A stretch of DNA of 64,000 bases from NCBI GenBank assembly GCA_963693055.1, contig OY843751.1, forward strand, positions 1,972,914 to 2,036,913, read 5' to 3'. Both the position numbers and the translations under genes were made by a program. This stretch comes from a bacterium. Its GTDB lineage: Bacteria; Zhuqueibacterota; Zhuqueibacteria; Residuimicrobiales; Krinioviventaceae. Shown in pieces: positions 36,702 through 46,175 of this stretch; position 1 is the stretch's first letter, and every line of letters begins with the position of its first letter. The notes beneath the pieces were generated by a model, which made no database searches, had not been told where the DNA came from, and saw only the letters and a list, made by a program, of their open reading frames with translations.

Positions 36702-38072
36702 TCATAATAACTCTTTGGGAAATACTGCCTTGGCAACACGCAATACATTCAGTCCTAATATCTTTTCTATATCCTGATCACTGTAACCACGCTGAACCAG
36801 CCCAACTGTAAACAGGGGACGATTGGTCCATGCGGTTGATTGGCGCATGTGTGGTTTTTCAACATAATCAAAAGGAGGCCAGAGCGCTTCCCAGCGGGTA
36901 CGTGAGCGTAACTTCCAGTTCAGAGGTAGTTTGCTCTCTTCTTTGTCCGCGTTAGGTGAATGATATCCTAAATCTGTCGCAATTGAAACATGATCACTGC
37001 CAAATTTTTTAACCATATAATCGATATGGTCAAGCATTGCGGTAATATCGCCGGTTCCACCAAGAAACCGGGGGATAGCACATATCCCCATTAATCCGCC
37101 CTTGTCCACAATGGCTTTGATAACATTATCGGGTTTGCAGCGATAATGCGGATGAAGCGCATGGCATGCCGAATGACTCGCGACTATGGGTTTGTCTGAG
37201 ATTTGCGCTGCTTCAAGGGATGTATTAAATCCACTATGTGCCACATCAATAATTACGCCCACCCGGTTCATTTCTTTTACAACCAGTCTGCCAAAATCAC
37301 TTAGTCCCGCGTTGCTTGACTCTCCACAGCCATCACCAATCATGTTTCGGCGATTATAAGTGAGGTGCATCATCCGGATGCCCAGTTGAAAAAACAAGCG
37401 AATGTATAGCAAGGCTTCATCTGTATATTTTAACTTATCCGGCATGGGCACACCATTGCCGCTAAAGTATAAACAATGCGAGTTATCTTTGCCTGCTTTT
37501 TCAATATCGTTTGGGGTAACCGCTTTGGGCAAGAAATTAGGCAGCATATCGGTGAGAAACGTAAAATTTGATAAGCGTTGTAACAGTGTTGTGATATTGT
37601 TGCTTTCTTCGCCGGCATTTTGAAAAACACAATTAATTCCTGCAGCTTTCCAGGCTTTTATAAATTGTTTGCGTTCATTCATATCTATAATGCAATTTGT
37701 ACGCTGCTGGTCTTCTATTTTTATACCAAGCTCGGTTGATGTTCCGCCCTCATCAATCAATTTCCTGATCTCGTCTCCGTTGATTGCAGAATAGGGACTA
37801 AAGCCATAGCCTTCTATAACAAGTGAATTACGGTGCAGCTCCATGCCGTGTTCGTAATCTTTTTTTGACGGTTTCAGTATATTCATTGCAACATTGCGGA
37901 GATTTTGGATATATGGATTACTTGCCACACGATCAATGTCTATGTCTGTGTCTATTCCGGCTGATGGGGAGTTTATGGGATTCTCTGCTTTGGCTTGTAT
38001 GCCGGCAGGAATGAGTGGCAATGCCGCGCTGGATGCAAGAAATTGTCTGCGGTTGATTGGATTTTTGATCAT
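36702..38072 (-). CDS. Membrane dipeptidase (peptidase family M19) with a Tat-type signal
   Basis: The N-terminus is NRRQFLASSAALPLIP. M19-like motifs include MHLTYNRRN, IDVAHSGFNTSLEA and VASHSACHAL. Confidence 0.7.
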   Translation of the reverse strand: MIKNPINRRQFLASSAALPLIPAGIQAKAENPINSPSAGIDTDIDIDRVASNPYIQNLRNVAMNILKPSKKDYEHGMELHRNSLVIEGYGFSPYSAINGDEIRKLIDEGGTSTELGIKIEDQQRTNCIIDMNERKQFIKAWKAAGINCVFQNAGEESNNITTLLQRLSNFTFLTDMLPNFLPKAVTPNDIEKAGKDNSHCLYFSGNGVPMPDKLKYTDEALLYIRLFFQLGIRMMHLTYNRRNMIGDGCGESSNAGLSDFGRLVVKEMNRVGVIIDVAHSGFNTSLEAAQISDKPIVASHSACHALHPHYRCKPDNVIKAIVDKGGLMGICAIPRFLGGTGDITAMLDHIDYMVKKFGSDHVSIATDLGYHSPNADKEESKLPLNWKLRSRTRWEALWPPFDYVEKPHMRQSTAWTNRPLFTVGLVQRGYSDQDIEKILGLNVLRVAKAVFPKELL

Positions 38073-38149
38073 AGTATTGACCCTGTCAATTTATGGTGAT
38101 TGTGTCTATTGGAAAATATACACAATCGAGAACAGGATCAAGTGTTTTT

Positions 38150-39415
38150 TCAGGCAGGCTCTTTTACAAACCAAAGTTTAAGAGTAAAATAGGTATACAA
38201 GATCAAACCGAGGTATAAACCAAACAAAATCACCTGGTTACTGTTGGTATAGTGGTAAGCAATTTTAGCATAGGCGAATGGGAACAATTGCCCAACAATA
38301 GTAATGCTCCACAACAGCCATGCACCGATTGAATTTTCACTGCGGATATATTTAAAAGCGATGATAATGGGCACAAACAGCATGAAAAAGTAGTGCATCC
38401 ATGCGATGGGTGCGGTAATGATTTGTAAAATAATCAGTTGCGCAACGATTATATCATAATGCCCGTCCAGTTTTTTTCTGGCTCGGTAAACACTGATGAA
38501 AAATAATGAAAAAAGAAGGATGGAAATCAATGTTGATGTTACAGAAACCCATGCCGGTGTTTGATACATGTACCATTGTTTCACGGAATCGAGAGTCATT
38601 GTTGTGCGCATGAGATACGCGCGAATGCTGTGGTTTCCATATCCCGTCAGGGTAATGCTGCTGATCTGCTGGATCCGTTCCAGAAAATTGAGGTGGCTTT
38701 GCCAGCCTGCCAGCAATAAACTGGTAATACCCAATAAAGCACCACCCGTCAATGCGCCCCACAATGCCCGCATTCTTTTTTTAATCATCCAGTAAAATAA
38801 TATGATAATTGGAGTAATTTTAATGGCAATGGGAAATGCCATAACCATTCCGCCAATAAACGGTTTGTTTTTATGATCAAGATATAATCCCAGAATCAAT
38901 AAGAAAAATAAAATAGGGTGGGTCTGCATTAAAAACAGGGTATACCTAAAGGGCATAGTTAGCGAAAAGATAATTAAAAACAGCATTAAAGGTATGGGTT
39001 CCAGAAATTCAGGCGCCCACATTTTAAATGACAACAATATAGAGCCCAACAGTGATAAAAGGATAATGATATGAAAAATGTGTGTAAATTCAGGGTATTG
39101 TAAATGTTTAACCAATGGCTGTAGTAATCCGGCCCACAAAGGAATTTGCACATATGGGTGCAAAACGTCCATACCGCACTCGGATTCCTCAGCAATCTGG
39201 TCCCACAGCTCATCATCCTGTTCAGGATACTGGTTTTTATCATAACTGTACAGGTGGTCTATTTCGCCTTTTAATAGTATTTTTGAACCAATGTATCCGC
39301 TGGCAAGGTCCTGACCTTTAGAGTGCCAGTCATAAAACAGATTTATGCCAAACCATCCGGCAATGATCAATGCAATTAAAAGGTACTGGGACTGTTGCTT
39401 ACCACTGTTTTTCAT
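38150..39415 (-). CDS. Polytopic membrane protein, GT87/DUF2029-like glycosyltransferase (tentative)
   Basis: It has about 10 or more TM segments and looks like a lipid-linked-sugar glycosyltransferase. The start at M18 (39415) follows AGGTGG. The family call is by general resemblance only. Confidence 0.4.
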   Translation of the reverse strand: MKNSGKQQSQYLLIALIIAGWFGINLFYDWHSKGQDLASGYIGSKILLKGEIDHLYSYDKNQYPEQDDELWDQIAEESECGMDVLHPYVQIPLWAGLLQPLVKHLQYPEFTHIFHIIILLSLLGSILLSFKMWAPEFLEPIPLMLFLIIFSLTMPFRYTLFLMQTHPILFFLLILGLYLDHKNKPFIGGMVMAFPIAIKITPIIILFYWMIKKRMRALWGALTGGALLGITSLLLAGWQSHLNFLERIQQISSITLTGYGNHSIRAYLMRTTMTLDSVKQWYMYQTPAWVSVTSTLISILLFSLFFISVYRARKKLDGHYDIIVAQLIILQIITAPIAWMHYFFMLFVPIIIAFKYIRSENSIGAWLLWSITIVGQLFPFAYAKIAYHYTNSNQVILFGLYLGLILYTYFTLKLWFVKEPA

Positions 39416-39554
39416 CTTGTAACCACCTGATTTTTTTACATTGAATAGTCTTAAACAGGGTTGCAATTTTTAGACCAGGCAAATCTTTTTGTTCCCAAAC
39501 AAAAACCTTTTGCATTGTATATGAAAAAATTATTATAATATAATAGAGGAGGAA

Positions 39555-40838
39555 TTGATCATGGCACACAGAACACTACGCAATGGATACTCGCAATTTT
39601 CTGAACGTATCAATCGTTTTCCCCAGGGAGCTCCCACATCAGAATCCTTGTTTAAAATACTTCAAGTATTAATGAGTGAAAAAGAAGCTTCATTGCTGGC
39701 TCAAATACCTATCAAACCTTTTACTGTTGATAAAGCCGCAAAAATCTGGAAGATATCCCAGGCAGAGTCCCAAAAAATTCTGGAAGAACTTGCCGGTAGA
39801 GCAATATTGCTTGATATTGAAGTGAATGGCGAGTCTACCTATGTACTGCCGCCGCCCATGGCAGGATTTTTCGAGTTTTCTATGATGCGTATTCGTGATG
39901 ACATTGATCAAAAATTACTGGGCAAGTTGTTTTACCAGTATCTGAATGTGGAAGAAGAATTTGTCAGAGATTTGTTTACCGATGGCGAAACCCAGCTTGG
40001 TCGAACATTTGTGAATGAAGATGCCTTGCCAAATACAGACGCCCTGTATGTGCTCGATTATGAGCGCGCAACCCATGTGATTGAATCCGCATCTCACATG
40101 GGCGTTGGCGTGTGTTATTGCCGTCATAAAATGGAGCACATGGACCGCGCCTGTGATGCACCCCAGGATATCTGCATGACCTTTAACGGATCGGCTGAAT
40201 CTTTGATCAAGCATGGGCATGCCCGGCAGGTGGACAAGGTAGAAGGACTTGAACTGCTTTATAAAGCGTGGGAACATAATCTGGTCCAATTTGGGGAAAA
40301 TGTGCGCGAGAGTGTCAACTTTATCTGCAACTGTTGCGGCTGCTGCTGCGAGGCCATGATAGCCCAGCGCAAATTTGCGGTGATGAATCCCATCCATACC
40401 ACCAATTTTTTGCCTGTAGTAAATGAACAGGCCTGTACCGGATGCGGCAAATGTGTAACCGCTTGTCCGGTTGAGGCCATGACCATGATCTCTGCAAACG
40501 ACCCGCACAAACCCAAGCGCAAGATTGCCAAAGTGGATAATGATACCTGCCTGGGTTGTGGTGTTTGTGTGCGGGTATGCAAAGACGCCCTGTCTTTAAA
40601 ACCCCGTGAAAAACGGGTCATCACACCCTTGAATGGAGCGCATAAAGCCGTGGTAATGGCGATTGAACGGGGTAAATTACAGGACCTGATTTTTGATAAT
40701 CATGCTCTATGGAGTCACAGGGCCATGGCTGCGATTTTGGGTGTATTGGTTAAATTGCCACCTGTCAAACAAACCCTGGCCAATGAACAGATTAAATCCC
40801 GCTATTTAGAAGCGCTGATCAAGCGGATGGGATATTGA
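39555..40838 (+). CDS. 4Fe-4S dicluster domain-containing Fe-S protein
   Basis: It has two ferredoxin motifs, CTGCGKCVTACP and CLGCGVCVRVC, plus the Cys-rich segments CYCRHKMEH and CNCCGCCCE. Confidence 0.65.
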   Translation: MIMAHRTLRNGYSQFSERINRFPQGAPTSESLFKILQVLMSEKEASLLAQIPIKPFTVDKAAKIWKISQAESQKILEELAGRAILLDIEVNGESTYVLPPPMAGFFEFSMMRIRDDIDQKLLGKLFYQYLNVEEEFVRDLFTDGETQLGRTFVNEDALPNTDALYVLDYERATHVIESASHMGVGVCYCRHKMEHMDRACDAPQDICMTFNGSAESLIKHGHARQVDKVEGLELLYKAWEHNLVQFGENVRESVNFICNCCGCCCEAMIAQRKFAVMNPIHTTNFLPVVNEQACTGCGKCVTACPVEAMTMISANDPHKPKRKIAKVDNDTCLGCGVCVRVCKDALSLKPREKRVITPLNGAHKAVVMAIERGKLQDLIFDNHALWSHRAMAAILGVLVKLPPVKQTLANEQIKSRYLEALIKRMGY

Positions 40839-40915
40839 TTTAAAAGTAATTTACTTGCCTATCATTTGAAATTTATAATGTCTCTCGTTTTGGAGGGTGT
40901 AGTGAAACCTGCAAA

Positions 40916-41065
40916 ATGGGCTGGCAGGCACGTTTTCGTTGGAGCTGGCGTCCAGGTAATGAAGTGCTGCTGGTCTATAATTCAACCCTGCTTGATCCCC
41001 TCGAAAATCGCGAAAACACCGAAAGCAGCACCCGCTTCAAGATCAATTATAATTACAGGTTTTGA
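40916..41065 (+). pseudogene. Orphan C-terminal remnant of an outer-membrane beta-barrel gene
   Basis: An unlisted frame translates to ...ARFRWSWRPGNEVLLVYNSTLLDPLENRENTESSTRFKINYNYRF*. This is a typical OMP C-terminal strand pair ending in F. There is no upstream body of the gene. The GC content is visibly higher than in the flanking sequence. Confidence 0.45.
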
Positions 41066-41135
41066 GGGAAAAGGTTTTATTGATTAGCGTTAGTTACAAT
41101 TATTATTTTTCTATTCAATTGATTGGTTTTATATA

Positions 41136-42161
41136 TTATGCTGTGTGTTTTGGTGGTTTATTTTTCTTTAATTCTTGTTCCAGTTTTTTAAATTCCAGCA
41201 TATCTTGTTCATCTGCAATTTGTGCAGCAAAGGCTTTCCTTTTATGATCGAATTTGTCGTATATTGATCGTACTATCTTTTCCATTTCAGCGTTTGAAAT
41301 ACTTCCAGAGTGGTTTAAAATCTTTTTTTCATTCAATTCTAATATTTTATCAACGTTTTCTTTCCAAAAGCCAACTGTAAGGTCCTGTCGGTTTTTAGCT
41401 CTTAATTCGGCTGTTTCTAAAAATACAACAACAAAGCGGTTGAGGCTGTCCATTTCATCTTTTGTCAAATAGTTTTTAGCAATAAAAATATCTTGTTTTC
41501 GAACAATTGAGCCTTTCCAGCTTGTTAAGTTCATATTGGACTTTTTTTCATCAGCTCGGTTTACAATAATTTCAGCAGCTGTGTATCCGGTGATGGCATA
41601 AAGGAATTTGTTTTGTGTTTCGGCATAAAACATTTGAGTTGCTTTATCTGTGCTATCATAATCACTACAAAGAGAAAAGAGATCTTTTAATTTTTGATAA
41701 AATCGTTTTTCAGAAGCCCGGATATCACGTATTCGTTCCAAAAGTTCATCAAAGTAATCCGGCCTGCCATCAGGATTTTTTAGACGATCAGCATCGATTA
41801 AAAATCCTTTTATCAAATACTCTTTAAGATTTTGATTTGCCCACAATCTGAATTGTGTTCCGCGTTTGCTGCGTACCCGGAAACCTATTGCCAGGACCAT
41901 TTCGAGTGAGTAAAATGTGACGTTATATTGTTTGCCATCTGTGGCAGTTGTAAAGTAATTCTTTACAACTGAATTTTCCTTTAACTCTTTTTCTTTCAAT
42001 ATGTTATCTATGTGCTGACCAATATTTTGCTTGGAGGTGTCAAAAAGTTCTGCGATTTGGTTTTGGTTCATCCATACGCTACCTTCTTTTGCATAAAGTG
42101 TTACGGAACTTTTGCCATCCACAGTATTGTATATTATAATATTTGTGTTTTTTTCATTCAT
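41136..42161 (-). CDS. RhuM-family virulence-associated protein
   Basis: The N-terminal IIYNTVDGKSSVTLYAKEGSVWMNQNQIAELFDTSKQNIGQHI...FRVRSKRGTQFRLWANQNLKEYLIKGF is characteristic of RhuM-family proteins. Confidence 0.75.
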   Translation of the reverse strand: MNEKNTNIIIYNTVDGKSSVTLYAKEGSVWMNQNQIAELFDTSKQNIGQHIDNILKEKELKENSVVKNYFTTATDGKQYNVTFYSLEMVLAIGFRVRSKRGTQFRLWANQNLKEYLIKGFLIDADRLKNPDGRPDYFDELLERIRDIRASEKRFYQKLKDLFSLCSDYDSTDKATQMFYAETQNKFLYAITGYTAAEIIVNRADEKKSNMNLTSWKGSIVRKQDIFIAKNYLTKDEMDSLNRFVVVFLETAELRAKNRQDLTVGFWKENVDKILELNEKKILNHSGSISNAEMEKIVRSIYDKFDHKRKAFAAQIADEQDMLEFKKLEQELKKNKPPKHTA

Positions 42162-42605
42162 CGTTCCTGTACCATTTCTTTGATCAAAGTGAGAATATAA
42201 ACTAGTTTTTTAATTACTGTTGTGAAGAAAATTATTTCGTTGAAATTGATCATTTCGAGATATTCACCGATTGAATATTTTCAAATTTTAATTTTTTTCT
42301 ACACCGGCATAACCTTCACTATATCCGCATCCCTATCCATAACTGTCATTTAGGTCACCAGTGATTTTTACATAGCAAAAATCACAACGTCCAAAAACAT
42401 CATAATATACATAACAGTATAAATATAAATATGAACCTTTAAATGGGACTATTGTATGTTCAGCAAAATTTAAACAAATATCACAACACGCCTTGGATTC
42501 TTATAATTTTGTCATCTCAAGCAACAGACACAAAATCTCCATTTACAAATTTTGTAATATTAGCATCACCTGGATTTTTAAGAATTAATGATTAATGTTC
42601 AACCA

Positions 42606-42749
42606 CTAGTCTCGCTTAAAAAACAATTCTATTACAGTATAAAAGTGAATAATAGAATATTTGGGATTGGGTTCCAATTCCTCAATAGCTTTTTTCAAAT
42701 AATCAATTGCATTTTGAGTTATACTTTGAAAATGTTCAGACGAGTTCAA
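42606..42749 (-). pseudogene. Possible truncated gene start (47 codons), followed by about 400 bp of decayed frames
   Basis: An AAGGAGG SD lies 4 nt before a TTG at 42749. The helical N-terminus is NSSEHFQSITQNAIDYLKKAIEELEPNPKYSIIHFYTVIELFFKRD*. Downstream sequence (42200-42605) contains short ORF fragments in different frames. Confidence 0.3.
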
Positions 42750-43218
42750 TTGGCCTCCTTTTTATGGTTCTGGTAATTAATTTTATCCAAAGTAGTTCAC
42801 TTGTTTTAACATCTTTAATGTGCGGCCAGCCTTCGGATTGAACAATTGATTTATTATCTTGAGAAATGTTATGATACTCGTATTCAAATTCATGTATGGT
42901 CGTAATGAGGGGCGTGATACTATTTAGGTCAACGTAAAAACAATAGGGTAACTCTGAGGCATAGTTATCATCATTCTTCCTTATCCCGGTTGTTGATATT
43001 GCCAAATAGCAAAGAATACCTTCATATGAAAATACAAGTTTTTCACCCTCTGCAAATTCTTCCTCTGCAATTCTTTTTTTAGTTATCCTGAATCTCCCTT
43101 TTTCTTCGGGTAAAGTTTTTTCAAAATGATTTTGAACATCTTTAAAAGTATTAAAAAACTGTGTACTTAATTTGATGATTCGCATAATCCACCCTTTATT
43201 TTTTTGTAATTGTCCCAC
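42736..43218 (-). CDS. Hypothetical protein
   Basis: A 160-aa ORF (or 149 aa if it starts at the ATG at 43185) in the AT-rich island. No motif was recognised. Confidence 0.45.
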   Translation of the reverse strand: MGQLQKNKGWIMRIIKLSTQFFNTFKDVQNHFEKTLPEEKGRFRITKKRIAEEEFAEGEKLVFSYEGILCYLAISTTGIRKNDDNYASELPYCFYVDLNSITPLITTIHEFEYEYHNISQDNKSIVQSEGWPHIKDVKTSELLWIKLITRTIKRRPIELV

Positions 43219-43364
43219 ATTGCAATATAAAAATTTATAATTAAATATCTATAAAAAAATCAAGATTTTCTCGCGTGTAAAAAATTGTAGCTCCTGGAAT
43301 GAGCACATAAACCCGTTTGTCTAATGGCCAGAGAGGGTAAGAAATGTGTTGAAAGGAGAGCACA

Positions 43365-43823
43365 ATGAAAAAGATGTTTAAATTTATTATTCCGTTGACA
43401 TTGATTGGCGCCGCGCTGGGATTCACCCTCATGAAACCTTTTTTATTGTTTGGAAATGTTTGTTTCTCTCAGCCGGGTGGTAGAACAGGTGGTCCTGGTG
43501 GCCCAGGTAAGCCAACTGATGAACAGATTAAAGGACGAGTAAAAGAAATGGCAGAATCTGTTGACTTGTCAAATGAACAGGTTGAAAAAATTGTTGTTAT
43601 ACAAAAAGAACATTTTGAATCCATGTATGAAATAATGCTAAATTCATCATGTGATCGTTCTAAAATGCGTGAAACAATGGACAAGATGTTTGAAGAAATG
43701 AATACGAAAATTAAAGCAGTAATGACAGACCAACAATATAAAAAATATCAGGAATATGAGAAAAGCCATCGTAGAGGTCCGGGAGGACCTGGTGGTGGAG
43801 GTGAGCCTCCATCACAAAGATGA
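43365..43823 (+). CDS. Periplasmic Spy/CpxP-like helical protein (tentative)
   Basis: It has a signal peptide, LTxxQ-like motifs (LSNEQVEKI, MTDQQYKKY), and Gly/Pro-rich termini (GGPGGPGKP, GPGGPGGGG). Confidence 0.45.
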   Translation: MKKMFKFIIPLTLIGAALGFTLMKPFLLFGNVCFSQPGGRTGGPGGPGKPTDEQIKGRVKEMAESVDLSNEQVEKIVVIQKEHFESMYEIMLNSSCDRSKMRETMDKMFEEMNTKIKAVMTDQQYKKYQEYEKSHRRGPGGPGGGGEPPSQR

Positions 43824-43834
43824 TGCCCCACATA

Positions 43835-43894
43835 GTGCTGATACCTCCTGCATCAGTGCAAACCGTGAGGTTGTGATGTCTCCCGGGCTTTTTT
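43835..43894 (+). terminator. Double-hairpin module A: a stem-loop with an ACCTCCTGC loop plus a terminator hairpin and T-run
   Basis: The first hairpin is CTGAT-ACCTCCTGC-ATCAG. The second is CCGTGAG...CTCCCGG followed by GCTTTTTT. The module sits directly after the stop at 43823. Confidence 0.55.
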
Positions 43895-44027
43895 AAATGT
43901 TTACAAAAAATTATTTTGATTTTACATATTTTTGTTGTAATTTATATAGTATAATACTGCTTATTTATATTAAAAAATGGTATCGGTTGGCGAATGTGGA
44001 CGCTATTAAGACTGGACCATATAAAAA

Positions 44028-44086
44028 AACGCTAATACCTCCTTCATTAGCGTTAACCGGGAGTTTCTTTTCTCCCGGTTTTTTTT
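44028..44086 (+). terminator. Double-hairpin module B, a paralog of module A, 74 nt upstream of the M1 peptidase start
   Basis: The first hairpin is a perfect 9-bp stem, AACGCTAAT-ACCTCCTTC-ATTAGCGTT. The second is CCGGGAG-TTTCTTTT-CTCCCGG followed by TTTTTTTT. Confidence 0.55.
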
Positions 44087-44159
44087 GTCTTCCTCTAAAC
44101 TTACTTTATGAATAATAAAAATGTTTATATTGTTAAATATATATATAATAAAAGGGGGT

Positions 44160-46088
44160 ATGATGAAATCCAGTCTTGTAGTATTTTTATTATTTTCAAT
44201 TACATTTTCACTTTATGCACAAAAAGATTATCAATTTACCGGCGGGGTATTGTCTGAAAATCAAGCTTCGTACAATATAATATTCTACGATCTATCTCTT
44301 GAAATAATGCCTGATTCACAATTTATATGTGGTTCAAATAAAATACATCTTTTTATAGAATCACCCATTGATGAAATACAACTAAATTTAGATTCTTATC
44401 TAACTGTTGATTCTGTATCAATTGAATATGACCTTGAAAAGTCAATCCTTGATTATTGGCACATTGTTTCATCGTTATTTGTTTATTTGCCAAAAACATT
44501 TAATACCGGTGAATCACTCGTTATTAAAGTGTTTTATCATGGAAATCCCAGAATCGCACAAAATCCGCCATGGATTGGGGGATTTTCATGGGAACAAACC
44601 CATTCAGGTGATCCTTGGGTTGGAGTAACATGCCAGAATGAAGGAGCCGATGTATGGTGGCCATGTAAAGATCACCCATCTGATGAACCGGATTCTATGG
44701 CAATAAACTTGACTTTTTCCGGAGATTTGGAATGTATTAGTAATGGTATTTTATTGAATCAAACCTTGAATCCAAATGGGACCAAAACCAATCATTGGTT
44801 TGTTCCTTCACCTATAAATAATTATGTTGTTTCTTTTTATCTCGCTCCTTATTTAAATTTAAATACAGATTATACTAGTGTTAATGGGGCAACCATTCCA
44901 TTAACACTGTGGTATCTTGAACAGGAAAGTCAAAATGCCGAAAAACTTTTTCCATATTTATTAGAGCATGTCCAATTTCTTGAGAATTTATTGGGTCCGT
45001 ATCCTTTCTATGATCAAAAGTTGAGTGTTGTTCAATCCAGCTACCTGGGTATGGAGCATCAGACAGTTATTGCTTATGGTGATTTTGATGAAACTGATGA
45101 CCATATAATCCAGTTGCATGAATTGTCTCACGAGTGGTGGGGAAATCTGGTTACCGTATCAGACTGGAAAGATATCTGGTTACATGAAGGATTTGCAACT
45201 TATATGGAATGGTTATATTTGGAGGAAAAATATGGATTGAATAGAGTTAGGCAGGTAATTAATGATTATTCAAGATTTTATGATAATGTAGAGCCTATTG
45301 TCTTTCAAGAACCCAAATCGTTAACTGTTTTAAATTTATTTGATACATATAAAAAAGGTGCAAATGTTTTACATACATTACGGTATCTATTGGGAAAGGA
45401 AGAACTGCTTTCCATATGTAAAACATTTCTCTATCCTGATTCTGTCATTCACAATGATCATATTGAATGCCGGTTGGTAACTGTTGAGGAATTTACTGAT
45501 CTTGTTGAAAAAAGTGTTAACAGGGATCTGGATTGGTTTTTCAATGCATATCTATACAAGGCTGAATTGCCTGTCCTTTATGTGAATTATTTTGATTATA
45601 ACCTGGAATTGTATTGGAATTCAAAAGAACAGCCTAATTTTTTTATGCCTGTAGATATTGTTTTAAATAGAATAGATACTGTTACAGTAGATTTGTCTTC
45701 GGGGTATGCTTTGATTGATATTATGCCATCTGATTTAATATCAATTGATCCATACAAGTGGGTTTTAAAAAATGTAGTTAAAGGTGACTATAGAACGGAT
45801 ATTCAATCACAATCCAATGAAATTAATAGTTTTGTATTAAATCAAAATTATCCAAATCCATTCAATCCAAATACCAACATCTCATTTTCATTACCCAGAA
45901 GAACACAAGTTCGTCTCGAGATTTCTAATATAGTGGGGCAATGTATTGCAGTTTTAACAGACCAATACTATGATGCTGGTCATTATTCTATTCCATGGAA
46001 TGGTATGTCGTTCCCCAGTGGGATTTATTTTTATACTATTACAACTGACACCCACAAGGTTACACGTAAAATGGTACTGATTGAATAG
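44160..46088 (+). CDS. M1-family zinc metallopeptidase (aminopeptidase N-like) with a T9SS C-terminal sorting domain
   Basis: It carries a GMEHQT (GxMEN-like) motif, HELSHEWWGN followed by LHEGFATYME (HExxH-x18-E), and the C-terminus YPNPFNPNTNISFSL...GIYFYTI. Confidence 0.8.
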   Translation: MMKSSLVVFLLFSITFSLYAQKDYQFTGGVLSENQASYNIIFYDLSLEIMPDSQFICGSNKIHLFIESPIDEIQLNLDSYLTVDSVSIEYDLEKSILDYWHIVSSLFVYLPKTFNTGESLVIKVFYHGNPRIAQNPPWIGGFSWEQTHSGDPWVGVTCQNEGADVWWPCKDHPSDEPDSMAINLTFSGDLECISNGILLNQTLNPNGTKTNHWFVPSPINNYVVSFYLAPYLNLNTDYTSVNGATIPLTLWYLEQESQNAEKLFPYLLEHVQFLENLLGPYPFYDQKLSVVQSSYLGMEHQTVIAYGDFDETDDHIIQLHELSHEWWGNLVTVSDWKDIWLHEGFATYMEWLYLEEKYGLNRVRQVINDYSRFYDNVEPIVFQEPKSLTVLNLFDTYKKGANVLHTLRYLLGKEELLSICKTFLYPDSVIHNDHIECRLVTVEEFTDLVEKSVNRDLDWFFNAYLYKAELPVLYVNYFDYNLELYWNSKEQPNFFMPVDIVLNRIDTVTVDLSSGYALIDIMPSDLISIDPYKWVLKNVVKGDYRTDIQSQSNEINSFVLNQNYPNPFNPNTNISFSLPRRTQVRLEISNIVGQCIAVLTDQYYDAGHYSIPWNGMSFPSGIYFYTITTDTHKVTRKMVLIE

Positions 46089-46175
46089 CAGTTGAATTGC
46101 ATTTAACCATCCGATTTTTGAAATATTTGGTTCATATTTTCAATTATATATACATGTATGTATTTAGGAGGAAAT

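Noticed and set aside
40866-41087. Track ORF of 73 aa. I also considered a structured ncRNA (6S, SRP or riboswitch-like) because the stretch is GC-richer with several stems.
   Set aside because: Another frame gives a convincing OMP C-terminal remnant ending in YNYRF*. I found no match to SRP, 6S, glycine, ZTP or TPP consensus elements by eye. No downstream gene on this strand could be regulated by it.
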